Assembly: GCF_963921235.1 (NCBI RefSeq)
Contig: NC_086097.1
Coordinates: 57,662,001 to 57,726,000 of the forward strand
Direction: 5' to 3'
DNA: 64,000 nucleotides
Origin: Mobula hypostoma
Taxonomy: Eukaryota
Shown: piece after piece, positions 50,591 through 62,540 of the stretch
How positions within the stretch are numbered: position 1 is the first letter of the stretch
How the letters are laid out: the number at the start of each line of letters is the position of its first letter
Notes under the pieces: model-generated
Told to the model about the DNA's origin: nothing
The model's input: the letters and a program-made list of their open reading frames with translations, nothing else
Database searches by the model: none
Made by a program: the position numbers and the translations under genes

Positions 50591-52975
50591 CCTTTAGTTC
50601 ACATGTGAAGATTGACCATGTAAGAGATATGCTGAAAAATTGCCATTCTTAGAAGTGTGGCCAAGCTTATGGTAATGGGGGGGGGGGGGGAATTCAATGG
50701 AATCAAGATACAAGGAATGCTCTATAATGAACAGCAAACACCAAATAAAGCAAAAATCTGGATTGTTATATTTTCTAACCAAAGGAGACAGAATGTTTGC
50801 AGAATGAGCAGCTTTGAGAAGGGTTGCTAATTTGAAGCTTTCCACCATGAAGAGCTCTTCCTTTAGGCGGCATGTTGTTGTCATAGTAATTATGTATAAA
50901 TGCACTTCTGGTTGCTTTGAATGTGAAATTGCCTTAATCCTTCAAGTCTTTCCAGACAGGTCAACCAATGCTAAAAATGTGGTTCATCAAAAATGTAAGA
51001 AAAAATTCTCCCTAGTATGTTGCAAACCAAGCAAGAAGAAATTGATATCAAACCACTGGAAGAGAGATAAGGACAATAAATGAAAAAGTGATGGGTTTTG
51101 GAGAGAATCCAAATGGAGCATAGGAGGAAGAAGGTTATAGAAAATTAAGGAAAAGACTACAAAAATGAAGGAACCACAAAGGACATTTAGGAGGACAGAG
51201 AATTTTGGAGTTATGGAGAATGGGTAATAAGTGTGAAAGTGGAAAAGATCTATTGGGATAGATGGAGGAACTTAAACACAAGAATGTGAATTTTAAATCT
51301 GAAACATCCATGATCACCGTGAATGGCGGTGCTGGCTTGAAGGGCCGAATGGCCTACTTCTGCACCTATTGTCTATTGGAACTGGGAACCATTGTGTGTT
51401 AGTGAGAACCAAGGTCAAGATAGGAAGGATTTGATGCTAGATAGGATGCAAGCCACAGTTTTGAATCACCTTGTATTTAAAATGAGGGGTGGAGGCTAAT
51501 CTGGAAAGCACTGAAGTAATTGACTCTGGAAATCACAAAGGCAGGATGAAAGTTTCAGTGGTGAATGATCTGAGATGAGATAAGGTTTAGCTCAAAATGA
51601 TCAAGGTGTTGATTAGCCAAATGAGTTGTGTGTGAGATGGAAACTGAAAATAGTGTATTTCATCTTTCTACTAGTCTTCTACCTCAAAAATTTCAACAGT
51701 TTATACCATTGCCTCAACCATCTGCTGCTAATCCCTCCTCCATTACCTGGTTATGTCCTGACATAATGAGTCCCAACTGACCTTTCAGTTTCCACCCTCC
51801 ATAACATTATGCTCAGCCAAAACTGTTTCCTCTGCCCCATCCTGAAGGATAGGCTGCCTCCAAGGCTCTACCAATACTGACAGAGTTTCTCATCTGTGGT
51901 GTTGACTAACCACCAGTCCTACCGGAGCTCAGAAATTGAGCGTTTGAGAATCTCTTTTCTGAAATTTGTGACAGGGATAAAAATAAAAACTGGTGAAAAG
52001 TCATCAACTTGAAATGTTAACTTTTCTTCTAATCCACAGGTATTACCTATCCTGCTATTGCCCAATATTTCATGCCCTTATTTAATATTTTCAAACTTTG
52101 CTTTTCAATGAAGCAGAATTCTCTGGAGATAACTGAGTTTTAGCAGCAGGTGGGTTGAGACAGTGATACTTGAGTGTGGGGTCTCAGATCTTCTACTGCT
52201 AAACGCTAAACAGTACATTAAATGTTGGGTTATCAGGCAAGCAAAAAGATAGTTGTTGATGCCAACGCAAATATGAAAAAATCCAAAATATTCCTAACCA
52301 GATCAGATCAGGGAAAATTATCCAACATGCAAACTCAATTTTTCTGCAGTGGTTAGAGGAGATTATAATGACGTATGGGATAAGTAACGGAACTTTAGAA
52401 ACTATTTTACTGTCATGCAGATAATTTTCTGTAGCGTTCCATAGGCTAATGACTATGTTGGCAACACGTTTAATACTGCAGGTCCGACTCACTGACTATG
52501 ACCATAACTAAGTTTTCATTTTAATTTTTTAATGTATTTTTTCTCACTAACTTCGGAAACTTTTCTTGTATTATTGAAGGTGACCTTTATTTTTAAGAAA
52601 GAATACAGCTGTTTCAAATTAAAAGGCACCATTTAAGTGGTGCAAATTTGTTTACTTCAATCTTGGTTGCGAATAAAGTTTCCACATCTGGTTGCCATTT
52701 TAAACCTGCTCAAAAACGAAAGGATGCAAATCAATCTAGTGTAAACAGATTAGGGTCTCTGCTTTTCTAAAGCTCATGAACCTCGTGTTCCACAGAACGT
52801 GTGTGGAATGGTAACCCGAGACAATGCCTTGTGACTTTTCAACTGCTCTAAGGCAGGGTTGTAGGCTGCTCAGGATATTGTATTCACTAAGGCTAACATC
52901 GTGCAAGAGTATTGAAATTCCTTCTGACTCTCATTCGCTGCTTTTCAGGTCGCTCCAGTTCGCGGAGAAAGCGTC

Positions 52976-53103
52976 CTACCAGGGGCAGTAGGAACTGGTG
53001 AAGGAACACATTTCGGAAAGATCCACTTTGATTTCAACACCTCCCTCTTGAGACAGGACCTCGAAGTCCAGCCCATCTTCTGACAGAGGAGCATGGTCGT
53101 TAC
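52976..53103 (-). CDS. Candidate terminal coding exon ((G)NDHAPLSEDGLDFEVLSQEGGVEIKVDLSEMCSFTSSYCPW*)
   Basis: Pyrimidine tract TTTATTCCCACCCTTCCGTATTTTTGAGCAG| acceptor, open phase-1 frame to TAG, coding-like GC island in unique DNA, minus-strand AATAAA at 52586-52591. Not in the ORF track in this frame; protein not recognised. Confidence 0.45.
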
Positions 53104-54696
53104 CTGCTCAAAAATACGGAAGGGTGGGAATAAACTTAAAATGTAACATCTTTTTTTCCCAGAAAATACAACAATTTCCATTGTGTTGCATAGGTAATGA
53201 ATAAATTGCAGCCGGTAGTCCTTGGGAGTGCACGTAAAACAACAGAGACTAAACCATCTCACTGAATGAAATGAAATAATTATTAAACTACATCATGACA
53301 ATTCGCACCCGTTTTCAAATGAGTGTATTGCAATTTTTGTAGTGGCGAAGCTAAATGGGAGAGGATTTAGATCACTGGTTCCCATACTTTCTTGGGTTCG
53401 CCCCCATGGCCACTAAACGATATCCCCAGCGCCCCTTCTCCTTTTCCGCCCATTACGTTAAAAAAATGATTTACGATGCATAGTGAAAGAATAATAGGAA
53501 CTGCAAATTCAAAGCAGTGAGAAATAATTGCAAAACGTACTGAAATCTATGTAAAGATACAAATAAAAGTATTTTTTAAACAAATGTCATTAACAATTTC
53601 AGAGGTTGCATTAGTAGTCAAACTATTGAATACATATTGCTTTTTCACCCTTCAATGTGATGGATAGTCTTGGTGCAACGATATCAGCTTCTCAACATCA
53701 GGCTGCATGTCACTAGGGAGTTTCAGTAACTTGCAGTCTGTTTCATTGCTTTGAAAGAAGTTGGGCTGCTGCACTAAAACTGCACTCCACTAAATATGTT
53801 ATTGGAAAGGCAATGTAGAACATCTTGATTTTTTTCCACAGCGCAGGATAGCATTCAGAGATTTACTTCCGCAACCAAAAGACTTGATATGATTTTTTTG
53901 AACCTCTGTTTCAGTTCAAAGTCATTTTATTGTGAGGTCAGTTCTTCCTCCATCCTGCCTGTTAATTCCTCATTACATATGTTCAGGAATGAATTTATTA
54001 CCCAGTCTGCCAATTGGATCAAGAGAAGATCCTGAAATCTTTCAAAATGTCTTTATGCAGCTCACCCAGGTGGGCGTAGTGTGCTTGAAGGTCATGATCT
54101 TGTATTGTTTCTTTCTCTTGCAACTTAGAGATGCTTGGGAATTGGAGAAGGTCATGACGGCCAATGCTGCACTTCAGTAGGGTTGACTTGGACAGAAATG
54201 TGAAGATGATTGAATTGTCTTTGATAAGATTCACAACACGCCCTTATAATTGAAGAATGAGTACATTAAACTTCTGAATAATTCTGAGAAATACACAATG
54301 CCATATCTAATATTCTTGAATTGATTGCTGAATGAAACATTTGAGTTTTCAAAGAATTTTATCACTGTTTCACAAAGTGCATAGAAACATCTCAGGCAGT
54401 TTCCTTTTGAGAGCCATCTGACTTCTGTGTGCAAAAGCAGGCATTCAAACTGTTTGTTATTCTCAGTACAAAGTTCTCAAAGTACTCAAGAATTAAGAAC
54501 ATGGGGCTTGATTTTAGCTGCTGCTATGATAATGGTATTTAATGATTTGTGCAGCCGATCAGTTAGGTTCTTTGTGATAAGATGTTGTCTGTGAATTACA
54601 CAGTGAATGGTAAGTAGGTTAAGTACAGCTTTTTTTCAAGAAAGTAATAACCCCACAGTGGTGTCCTGGTGTCCCATCTGTTGCAGAAGCAAGAAT

Positions 54697-56737
54697 GTTG
54701 GTGAGAGGAATTGTGAGAAGAATCATTAGGAGGGAAAAGATGAAATATGAAAACAAGCTAGTAAACAACATCAAGGTGAATAGAAAACAAAAGTTTTTTC
54801 AAGTATATAAAAATAAAAGAGAGATGAGAGTGGATACAGGACCGCTAGAAAAAGAGGCTGGAGAAATAATAATGGGGGACAAGCAGATGGCAGATGAATT
54901 AAGTGAGTATTTTGCATAAATTGCTTAAAACGCTGAAAGACCTAAAGGTACATAAGTCCACCCTGACCAGATGAAGTGCACTCTAGTGTTCTGAAGAGGT
55001 AGCAGTAGAGATTGTGGAAGCATCAGTAATGATCTTTCAAGAATCATTGGACTCTGATGTGGTTCCAAGGACTGGAAAATTGCAAATGTCACTTCATTCT
55101 TTAAGAAAGGAATGATGCAGCAGAAAGGAAATTTTAGACCAGTTACTTGACCTCAGTGGCTGGGAAGATTTTGGTGTCAATTGTTAAGGATGAGCTTACA
55201 GAATTCTTGGTGATACAGGACAAGATAGGACAAAGTCAGCTTGGTTTCCTTAAAGGAAAATCATGTTGGAATTCTTTGAGGAGATTACAAGAAGGATAGA
55301 TAAAGGGGATGTAGTGGATGTTTTATATTTGGATTTTCAAAAGGCTTTGACAAGGTGAGGCTGTTTACCAAGTTAAGAGCCTATGGTATTACAGGAAAGT
55401 TACAAGCATTGGCTGCTTGGTAGGAGGCAGCAAGTGGGAATAAAAGGATCCTTTTCTGGTTGGCTGCCGGTGACTAAAGATGTTCCACAGGGGTTGGCGT
55501 TGGAACCACTTCTTTTCATGCTGTATATGAATAATTTAGATGATGGAATAGATGGCTTTGTTGCAAAGTTTACAGATGATATGAAAATTGGTGGAGGGGC
55601 AGGTAGTATTGAGGAAATAGGAAGGCTACAGAGGGACTTAGACAGATTAGAAGAATGGGCAAGGAAGTGGCAAATTAAATACAATGTTGGAAAATGCACT
55701 ATCATGCACTTTGGTAGAAGAAATAAATGTGCAGACTATTTTCTAAATGGGGAGAAAATCCAAAAATCTGAAATACAAAGGGACTTGGGAGTCCTTGTGC
55801 AGAACACTCCAAAGGTTAACTTGCAGATTGAGTCAGTGGTGAGGAAGGCAAATGTAATGTTAGTAATGCAAACAACAGGAATTCTGCAGATGCTGGAAAT
55901 TCAAGCAACACACATCAAAGTTGCTGGTGAACGCAGCAGACTAGGCAGCATCTCTTGGAAGAGGAACAGTTGACGTTTCAGGCCGAGACCCTGACGAAGG
56001 GTCTCGGCCTGAAACGTCGACTGTACCTCTTCCTAGAGATGCTGCCTGGCCTGCTGCGTTCACCAGCAACTTTGATGTGTGTTGCTGTAATGTTAGTATT
56101 CATTTTAAGAGGTCCAGAATATAAGAGCGGTGATGTGAATGCTAAGGCTTTATAAGGCACTAGTGAGGTCTCACCTTCAGAATTGTGAACAGTTTTGGGC
56201 TTCTTATTTAAGAAAAGATGTACTGGCATTGGAGAGGGTTCAGAGGAGGTTCACAAGGATGATTTCAGGAATGAAAGGGTTATCATATGAGGAATGTTTG
56301 ATGGCTCTGGGCCAGTACTTACTGGAATTTGGAAGGATGGGAGGGGGGGGGATCTCATTGAAACATTTCGAATGCTGAAAGGCCTAGGTAGAATATATGT
56401 GGAAAGGATGTTTCCCATGATATGGGAGTCTAGGATGAAAGGGCACAGCCTCAAGATAGAGGAGTGTCCATTTAAAACAAAGATGCGGAGACATTTCTTT
56501 AGCTGGAGGGCGATGAATTTGTAGAATTTGTTACCACAGGCAGCTGTGGAGGCCAGGTTGTTGGGTGTAGTTAGGGTGGAGATTGATAGGTTCTTGATTG
56601 GCCATGGCTGAAAGGTTACTGGGAGAAGTCCAGGGATTTGGACTGGGTGGGGGGGAATAAAAGGATCAGCTATGATTGAATGGCGGAGAAGACTTCATGG
56701 GCCAAATGGCCTAATTCTGCTCCTATGTCTTATGGCC
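54697..56737 (+). mobile_element. CR1 LINE nested in the hAT transposase
   Basis: ORF 55383-55973 (DVPQG, KFTDDMK, KCTIMHFG), RSHLQNCEQFWAS and CR1 tail TATGTCTTATGG. Confidence 0.92.
55866..56085. mobile_element. Palindromic mini-Penelope derivative
   Basis: 13-bp TSD TGTAATGTTAGTA (55853-55865 / 56086-56098); 88-bp arms 55905-55992 and 55998-56085 around loop GACGA. Confidence 0.9.
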
Positions 56738-56979
56738 TTAAGGTTTCTTTTTGAAAAATTGCTCAGCAACCCAAAATATTGACTCCCTCTTCATATCTGT
56801 TTCTAGTCTTCTTGCAAATAACAACTCTTGAATCATGTTTTCATCTTTTATGAAGTGAGCATAACCAAGAAGCAAAGATTTGTTGCCTGGCAAAGTTGAC
56901 TCATCCAACTGCAGAGCAAATTCTGTTGTTTTAAGTATGTTGCACAATGTGTCTTCCACATTCCCAGACGTATCATTTA

Positions 56980-57637
56980 TTCATCGCGCGCAGCCTCTCC
57001 GGTGAATGATATTGTATTTGTAAGTAGGATGCTGTGCACAATTCTGATTTGATGGAGACAGACGTGAGAAGCATGGAGGAACATCTCGAGAAACTTCTGA
57101 AATGCCCGGTTTGCTGCCACTGCTACTGTGTGATCGAGAATCTCCGGAGGGGAAGGCTCCAAATCCTCGGCTTTGCCTGTTGCTGAGGGCTGGGGCTGGG
57201 GTCAAAGCGCTTGGCAGAGATGATGCTCGGTGCTCGGTGTTGGAGGACTGGTCGGAGGCTCGGTTTTCGGACGGACTCAGAGTTGGACTGTGGTTGGGTG
57301 CTTCCAGGATGCTGCATCGGCAAGTTTGAGGCACTGGAAGCTCATGGCAGGGAGAGTTTTCTTCCTACTCCCGTCTGCGTGAGATGATGGGACATTCGAG
57401 AGACTTTGAGATTTTTTTTACCGTGCCCATGGTCTATTCTTCATCAAATTACAGTATTGTTTTGCACTGTTGTAACTATATGTTATAATTATGTGGTTTT
57501 GTCAGTTTTTCAGTCTTGGTCTGTCTTGTGTTTCTGTGATATCATACTGGAGGAATATTGTATTATTTCTTAATGCATGCATTACTAAATGACAATAAAT
57601 AGGACTGCATGTCCTCATAATCTAATAATCTAATAAT
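56980..57637 (+). mobile_element. Non-autonomous L2-tailed retroposon nested in the hAT transposase
   Basis: Inserted between the codons for TVQRR and INDTSGNVEDT. Ends GACAATAAATAGGACTGCATGTCCTCA(TAATCTAA)n. No credible ORF. Confidence 0.8.
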
Positions 57638-59375
57638 CTTCTTTGAACAGTATTATCACTAAGTGGAATTGCTTTAATTATTTGGTCTGGTAAGTTTTGC
57701 AAAACCATACTCAGAACCTCCCTTACTGCTGGCAGAATCAGTTCTTCTGCAATTATATGGGGACTTCCAGATTTAGCACTAAGCAATTAAATGTTGTAAG
57801 AGCCTACAAACTATTGCCATTTTGTTGTGAGGTGCTGGCAAACATGTTTTGAAGTGTTTTCCATTTCTGAAAGTTTCCACAAAGTGACTGAAAATAATCC
57901 ACATTCTTTTTTGCATTATTGGAGTGTGGTCACTTCAAATATTCAAGGAGCCCAGACAGTTTCATTGCCCCATTCGAAAAAGAACTTTTTCACACAACCG
58001 ATACATTGGCTGCTGTTGGTTTCTTGGTGCTAGAATAAAAACATATTTTTGATAATCCACACAATGCTGTCTACACTTTTTAGTTTGGTCTGCTTCTGTC
58101 ATTTACATTATAGATTAATGACCACTGTTAACAGCCTATTGTTTAAGTCCAACCTCAAATGCTGCGATCAATAAAAGGGAAAGTTATAATGTTATCATAG
58201 CTCAGGCAAAACCTGACTCTTTGCCTCAAGGTACATAAAGTGAGGCGGCAATATCTCATTTGGGCTGAGGACTAGGAAAATGTGGCCAAGACCATTTGAA
58301 AGGGCAGATTCTGAAATTTACCCCAGTGAACACCATACACCAAGTCAGAGGACTTGTGTAGCTATGGGAATAGTACTAGCTAACACTCTACTACAGTAGT
58401 GAATGGCAATATGCGCGGGTCAGGCCCAGAATAACAGGATTTCCTCAGTCCAGATTTCTCATGATATGCCAAATAAAGAAGTGTCACATTGCTTTTCAAT
58501 AACTATAACATGCTTCGAGCAAAGTCTCAGAGAACAGTGGGTTAGCAATTGGTGAGGTGATCATGTGATTAGTATAACTAATTATGAGGCATTGAGGATC
58601 AAGTGCATACAATAAGTAACTCATTTCTGAAATTCAGACTGTAATCTCTTGCTACCTCTGCTTGCTATCAAACACCCCCATACCCTTTATTGTCACCTTA
58701 GGAATTCCCCAGGTGGTTGGGTAAAGCAAGTACCTTGTTACACGACCTGTTTACGTACAACTCAGTTCTGCATACAGTGGGGATGTATGCAAGACCTCAT
58801 AATAAATTCATTAGGTGAAAGCCGCCAAAAAGCAATTTCTCCATTTTTATGAGGATATTTTAAATATGAAATACACTGAATATTTGAATGAAATTCTGGG
58901 GGCTGTGGTGGTATGAAAAAATTGAATTGTGAAGAAATAGTTATCTACATTAATATGAAAGTTATCCCTTTCTTTTGCATGGATAAGATGGGACTAGATG
59001 AACAACCCTCCTTTTTCCTATTTTATGATATTATTTGAACTACACATAATTGTACAATTACAAGAAACCGCAATAGGGCTTAATGAATCTTACTATCATA
59101 CACAGGAAACTATACATATCAGTTCATCGACTCAAGGGAGAGTTATTGTGCCACAGTATCCTGTTCCAAGAGCAGGATGGGATTGTATAGGTTTCCAATA
59201 AGAATATTTGTGAAAAGGAACAAAGCAGTCCTGGAGGCAAGTTTCTAAATGTAAAGTATTCTGTATTGTAAACAAAGTACTTTTTGAATGTTCCTTTTAA
59301 GTAACTGACCAGAACCCAATATTCGAACAAACATTGTCATGTTAAATATTTACAATATGTATTAAGTAACTATAC

Positions 59376-60294
59376 TGTCATAAGGGGGAGTTGGGAGCAG
59401 ACCCAAATGCAAGACACAGACACTGAAGTACTAGGAACAGGACTAGGTTTATCAAGAAAGTAAGGGAAATTGGGAAGAAATGACTCTGGACATTGACACA
59501 AGCCCTGGACGAGACTAGGACTTGGACTAGAAATGCGGGAGCCGGATGTGGAACTAGGAACAAGGAGCCTGGACTAGGAAGAAGGAACTCCGGAACCAGA
59601 GCCTGGACAAGGACGTGGAAGCGGAACCCGGGACTAGGCTAGGACTCGGGACTAGGATCTTGGCAAGGACAGGACGTGGCTAGGCTACAGGACTGGACGT
59701 GGAACTCCTGCTCAGGACAAGGCATATGGACAGGATGAGAACACAAAACCTTGATTGGACAAGACGAGGTTCTTGGACGTGGCTTGGACTAGACGAGGTT
59801 CTTGGACGTGGCTTGGACTAGACGAGGGACTCCTGGACAGGATGAGGAATCTCCAGCTCAAGACAAGGAATCTCCAGCACCGGACTGAGTGAGGAACTCC
59901 AGGGCTGGGCCAGGAACTCCAGCACAGGGCGAGGAACCCCAGCACAGGACGTGGCTCTTGGACTGGGTTTGGCTCGTTTCTTGGACTCGGCTAGATTAGG
60001 CTCTTGGGTACGGAGCCAGGACCCTCCTTGGAATGCAGGGCTGGGATGACTGCCAAGGATACATGCCGAGGTGACTGCTGAGGAAACTGTCTGGGATTCA
60101 GATGGGGAGGGGAAGGGAACAGTCCAGCAGGGAATCCTTGGTTCGCAGAGGTACTTATGTGCAAGCCCAAAACGAGAATCAGGTGCCTCAATTAAGGCAT
60201 CCAGTGGAACAAAGGAAAACAGGAAAACCCGGAATAAGGATCAATGAACTGGATTGTGAACCGGAATGCAGATTTCACGGACTGGACCATGACG
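59376..60294 (-). mobile_element. Solo LTR related to 36264-37734
   Basis: TGTCAT...ATGACG termini; shared GACCCAAATGCAAGACAC and GGACCAT ends; internal GGACTAG/GGACGTGG repeats. TSD imperfect (TATAC / CCTAC). Confidence 0.75.
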
Positions 60295-61083
60295 CCTACA
60301 GATTATCACAAAGCATAAGAAATTTATAAACACCTTCCACGAGATTCCATGGAATTGGATAAGCCTCAAATTTGCTAGTCTTAAACAAGGCATCTTTTTA
60401 TTGTTCTTCCATTCCTAATTTATAAACAATTTTTTCTGACAATGTTGAAGATCCTGTTTTTGTCCGTTATGTATAGTTCTGGTCATTTCAGAAAGGGTTT
60501 ATGTTTGTAGTCGGAATTGATAATAAAAACTTCTTGGTTGAGTGAATTTCTACTTCAAGTATTACCTACTACAGCTGAGACATTACCAAGATTTAAAATC
60601 ATGCTTTTTTTTGTAAAATTGGGCAGTGTAGTACAAAGTGCTGAATAATAGAGGAACCTTGCATCCTAACTGGAACTGGCCTGTAGTTTTCAATGTGAAT
60701 ACCCTCAGATTACAGTTTAGAAAGTAATACACAATGAGATCATTTGGTCGAGTTTGCGTAGATATGTCCTTTGAATAGATAATTAAATCACTAGATTCAA
60801 TTGCATTGCATGCAATCTTTATGACCCCTTTGAGTCCCAAATTGTCATTAACAGCAGTTCCTGTAACTTATTTTCTTTAGACTTTTAAAATTCCTTAAAT
60901 AATCTTTATTCATTAAAATATATCCACGAAATACAAAACAGTAACAGCTTTTTTAAAACTTATACAGCAATGATCAGACTATGCATTCACAGTTGTTAAG
61001 TCTACACATTGGTAGGGTTATCAATTTAATACATTTTAAAAACATAGCACCAATACTAGTCAGATGACCTCCGAACAATACAC

Positions 61084-61234
61084 CTGTCAAGAGTATGTGG
61101 GACTGGACGCTGAGGGGCTTAGACGGTTCTACAAACAGCTTGATGCAGCCACACACAAAGGTGGCTACTTGGAGGAGGGCAACACTGATATGATCCACCA
61201 TTCCTGCTCCAGCGACTTGAGCGTCGCGATCCAT
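61084..61234 (-). CDS. Candidate coding exon (MDRDAQVAGAGMVDHISVALLQVATFVCGCIKLFVEPSKPLSVQSHILLT, phase 1)
   Basis: Kozak AACATGG, GC-rich coding-like codons, CpG-rich unique DNA, weak donor CAG|GTGTAT. A possible acceptor near 61265 could make it an internal exon instead. Confidence 0.4.
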
Positions 61235-61581
61235 GTTGATCCGCAGTTGAAAGGGGAAATGGCTGCTGCGACAACACGCGCGGCATACAGGAACAGAGAG
61301 AGCAGGAATTAAGACTGCTTGCACGTTTGAAATAAGTTTCGTAAAAATCGTGTTAGTAGCGCGAACCAACGTAGATCACAAGTCATAGTTTAAAGTTGCA
61401 ATGCCTATCACGAGCAAAATAACAGGCGGTCGCTTGTTGAGTTCTCGGGAGAAATTGTTCGATCTGGTAAAACATAGGAGAAATTGATTGATCTGGTAGA
61501 CTAGTGTCATTTTTTTTATGAATGCCTTACATTTCTGTGAGAACATCACCTTTGGGTTGCACTCAATAGGAATAAGAACAC

Positions 61582-61719
61582 AAACACGAGGAATTCTGCA
61601 GATGTTGGAAATTCAAGCAAAACACATCAAAGTTGCTGGTGAACGCAGCTCTTCCTTCAGTTAGTCCTGACGATGGGTCTCGGCTCGAAACGTCGACTAT
61701 ACCTCTTTCTAGAGAGGAC
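61582..61719. mobile_element. Very short Penelope derivative with hammerhead motif at 61662-61699
   Basis: 9-bp TSD TAAGAACAC (61573-61581 / 61720-61728); TAGTC-CTGACGA-TGGGTCTCGGCTC-GAAA-CGTC-GACTA. Confidence 0.85.
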
Positions 61720-61902
61720 TAAGAACACTTGGCAGAACTATAGGAGCAGGTCGTTTCTCCTTTAAAGTAGCTGCCAAGGTCGCCAATTTTGTAGGTGTGT
61801 TCAATCCAGATTCATAAAATATGTAACTTCAGTGTATTCATAATGAGCTCCTAAACAGTATGAAAACCACACCGAAGCCTTCATCCCAACTCAACGTGTT
61901 GG

Positions 61903-61915
61903 TGACGTCACGTGA
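61903..61915. promoter_or_regulatory. Overlapping CRE (TGACGTCA) and E-box (TCACGTGA)
   Basis: Literal sequence TGACGTCACGTGA with both CpGs intact, about 670 bp upstream of the candidate ATG on the minus strand. Confidence 0.5.
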
Positions 61916-62138
61916 AAGGGCGCAATGTCCGAAAGAATGGTTCACCCATCAAGTTTGCACTGTAGCCGGTTAAAAACAGAGGTCGCTGTTCATTTTATTT
62001 GTTTCTTGTCACGAAGTGAAAATAAATAATAGAAATTATTTCTTCGCTTTTGTGGCGTGACACATCTTAACCATCGCACAGACAATGACATTGTGAGATG
62101 TCGTGATTTCTGTCTGTGGCAACTGAGAAAATATACCA

Positions 62139-62540
62139 TTGAATTGAATTGAATTGACTTTATTACTTACATCCTTCACATACATGAAGAGTAAAAATCT
62201 TTACGTCACGTCTCCATCTAAATGTGCAATCCGCAATTTATTGTAATTTATAATAAATAGTATGTACAACAAGATAGTCAATATAACATAGAAATACAGT
62301 TGTTTCAACATGAGTTAAGCAGTCTGATGGCCAGGTGGAAGAAGCTGTCCCGGAGTCTATGGTCCTGGCTTTTATGCTGCGGTACCGTTTCCTGGAGGTA
62401 GCAGAACAGTTTGTGCTTGGGGTGACTCAGTTCCCCAATGATCCTTCGGGCCCTTTTTACACACCTGTCTTTGTAAATGTCCTGAATAGTGGGAAGTTCA
62501 CATCTACAGATGCGCTGGACTGTCAGCACCACTCTCTGCA
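62139..62540 (-). mobile_element. L2/Rex LINE 3' end
   Basis: ORF 62305-62592 (CELPTIQDIYKDRCVKRARRII...RLRDSFFHLAIRLLNS); (TTGAA)n tail. Confidence 0.9.

Larger units (their letters stand above)
53373..58102 (-). mobile_element. hAT (Buster/Charlie, ZBED5/SCAND3-like) transposon, decayed transposase 58102 to 53652, with nested inserts
   Basis: MTEADQTKKCRQ..., AEELILPA, IPLSDNTVQRR, FALQLDEST, TDG, IHC.IHRQHL, HTEVRWLSKG, ...PSH*. TIR-like CACTGGTTCCCATACTT at 53373 preceded by ATTTAGAT (NNNTANNN target). The other TIR was not found. Confidence 0.9.

Noticed and set aside
50677..50690. 14-G run as a G-quadruplex element
   Set aside because: Simple homopolymer with no supporting context.
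52945..53262. ORF-track 105-aa minus ORF
   Set aside because: It crosses an intron-like pyrimidine tract; a different frame starting at the acceptor looks more coding-like.
53652..58102. Domesticated ZBED/SCAND3-like host gene
   Set aside because: Multiple stops, frameshifts and two large insertions show it is a dead transposon.
61064..61312. Plus-strand 82-aa ORF MTSEQY...
   Set aside because: In-register antisense shadow of the minus-strand candidate exon; the splice and Kozak signals favour the minus strand.
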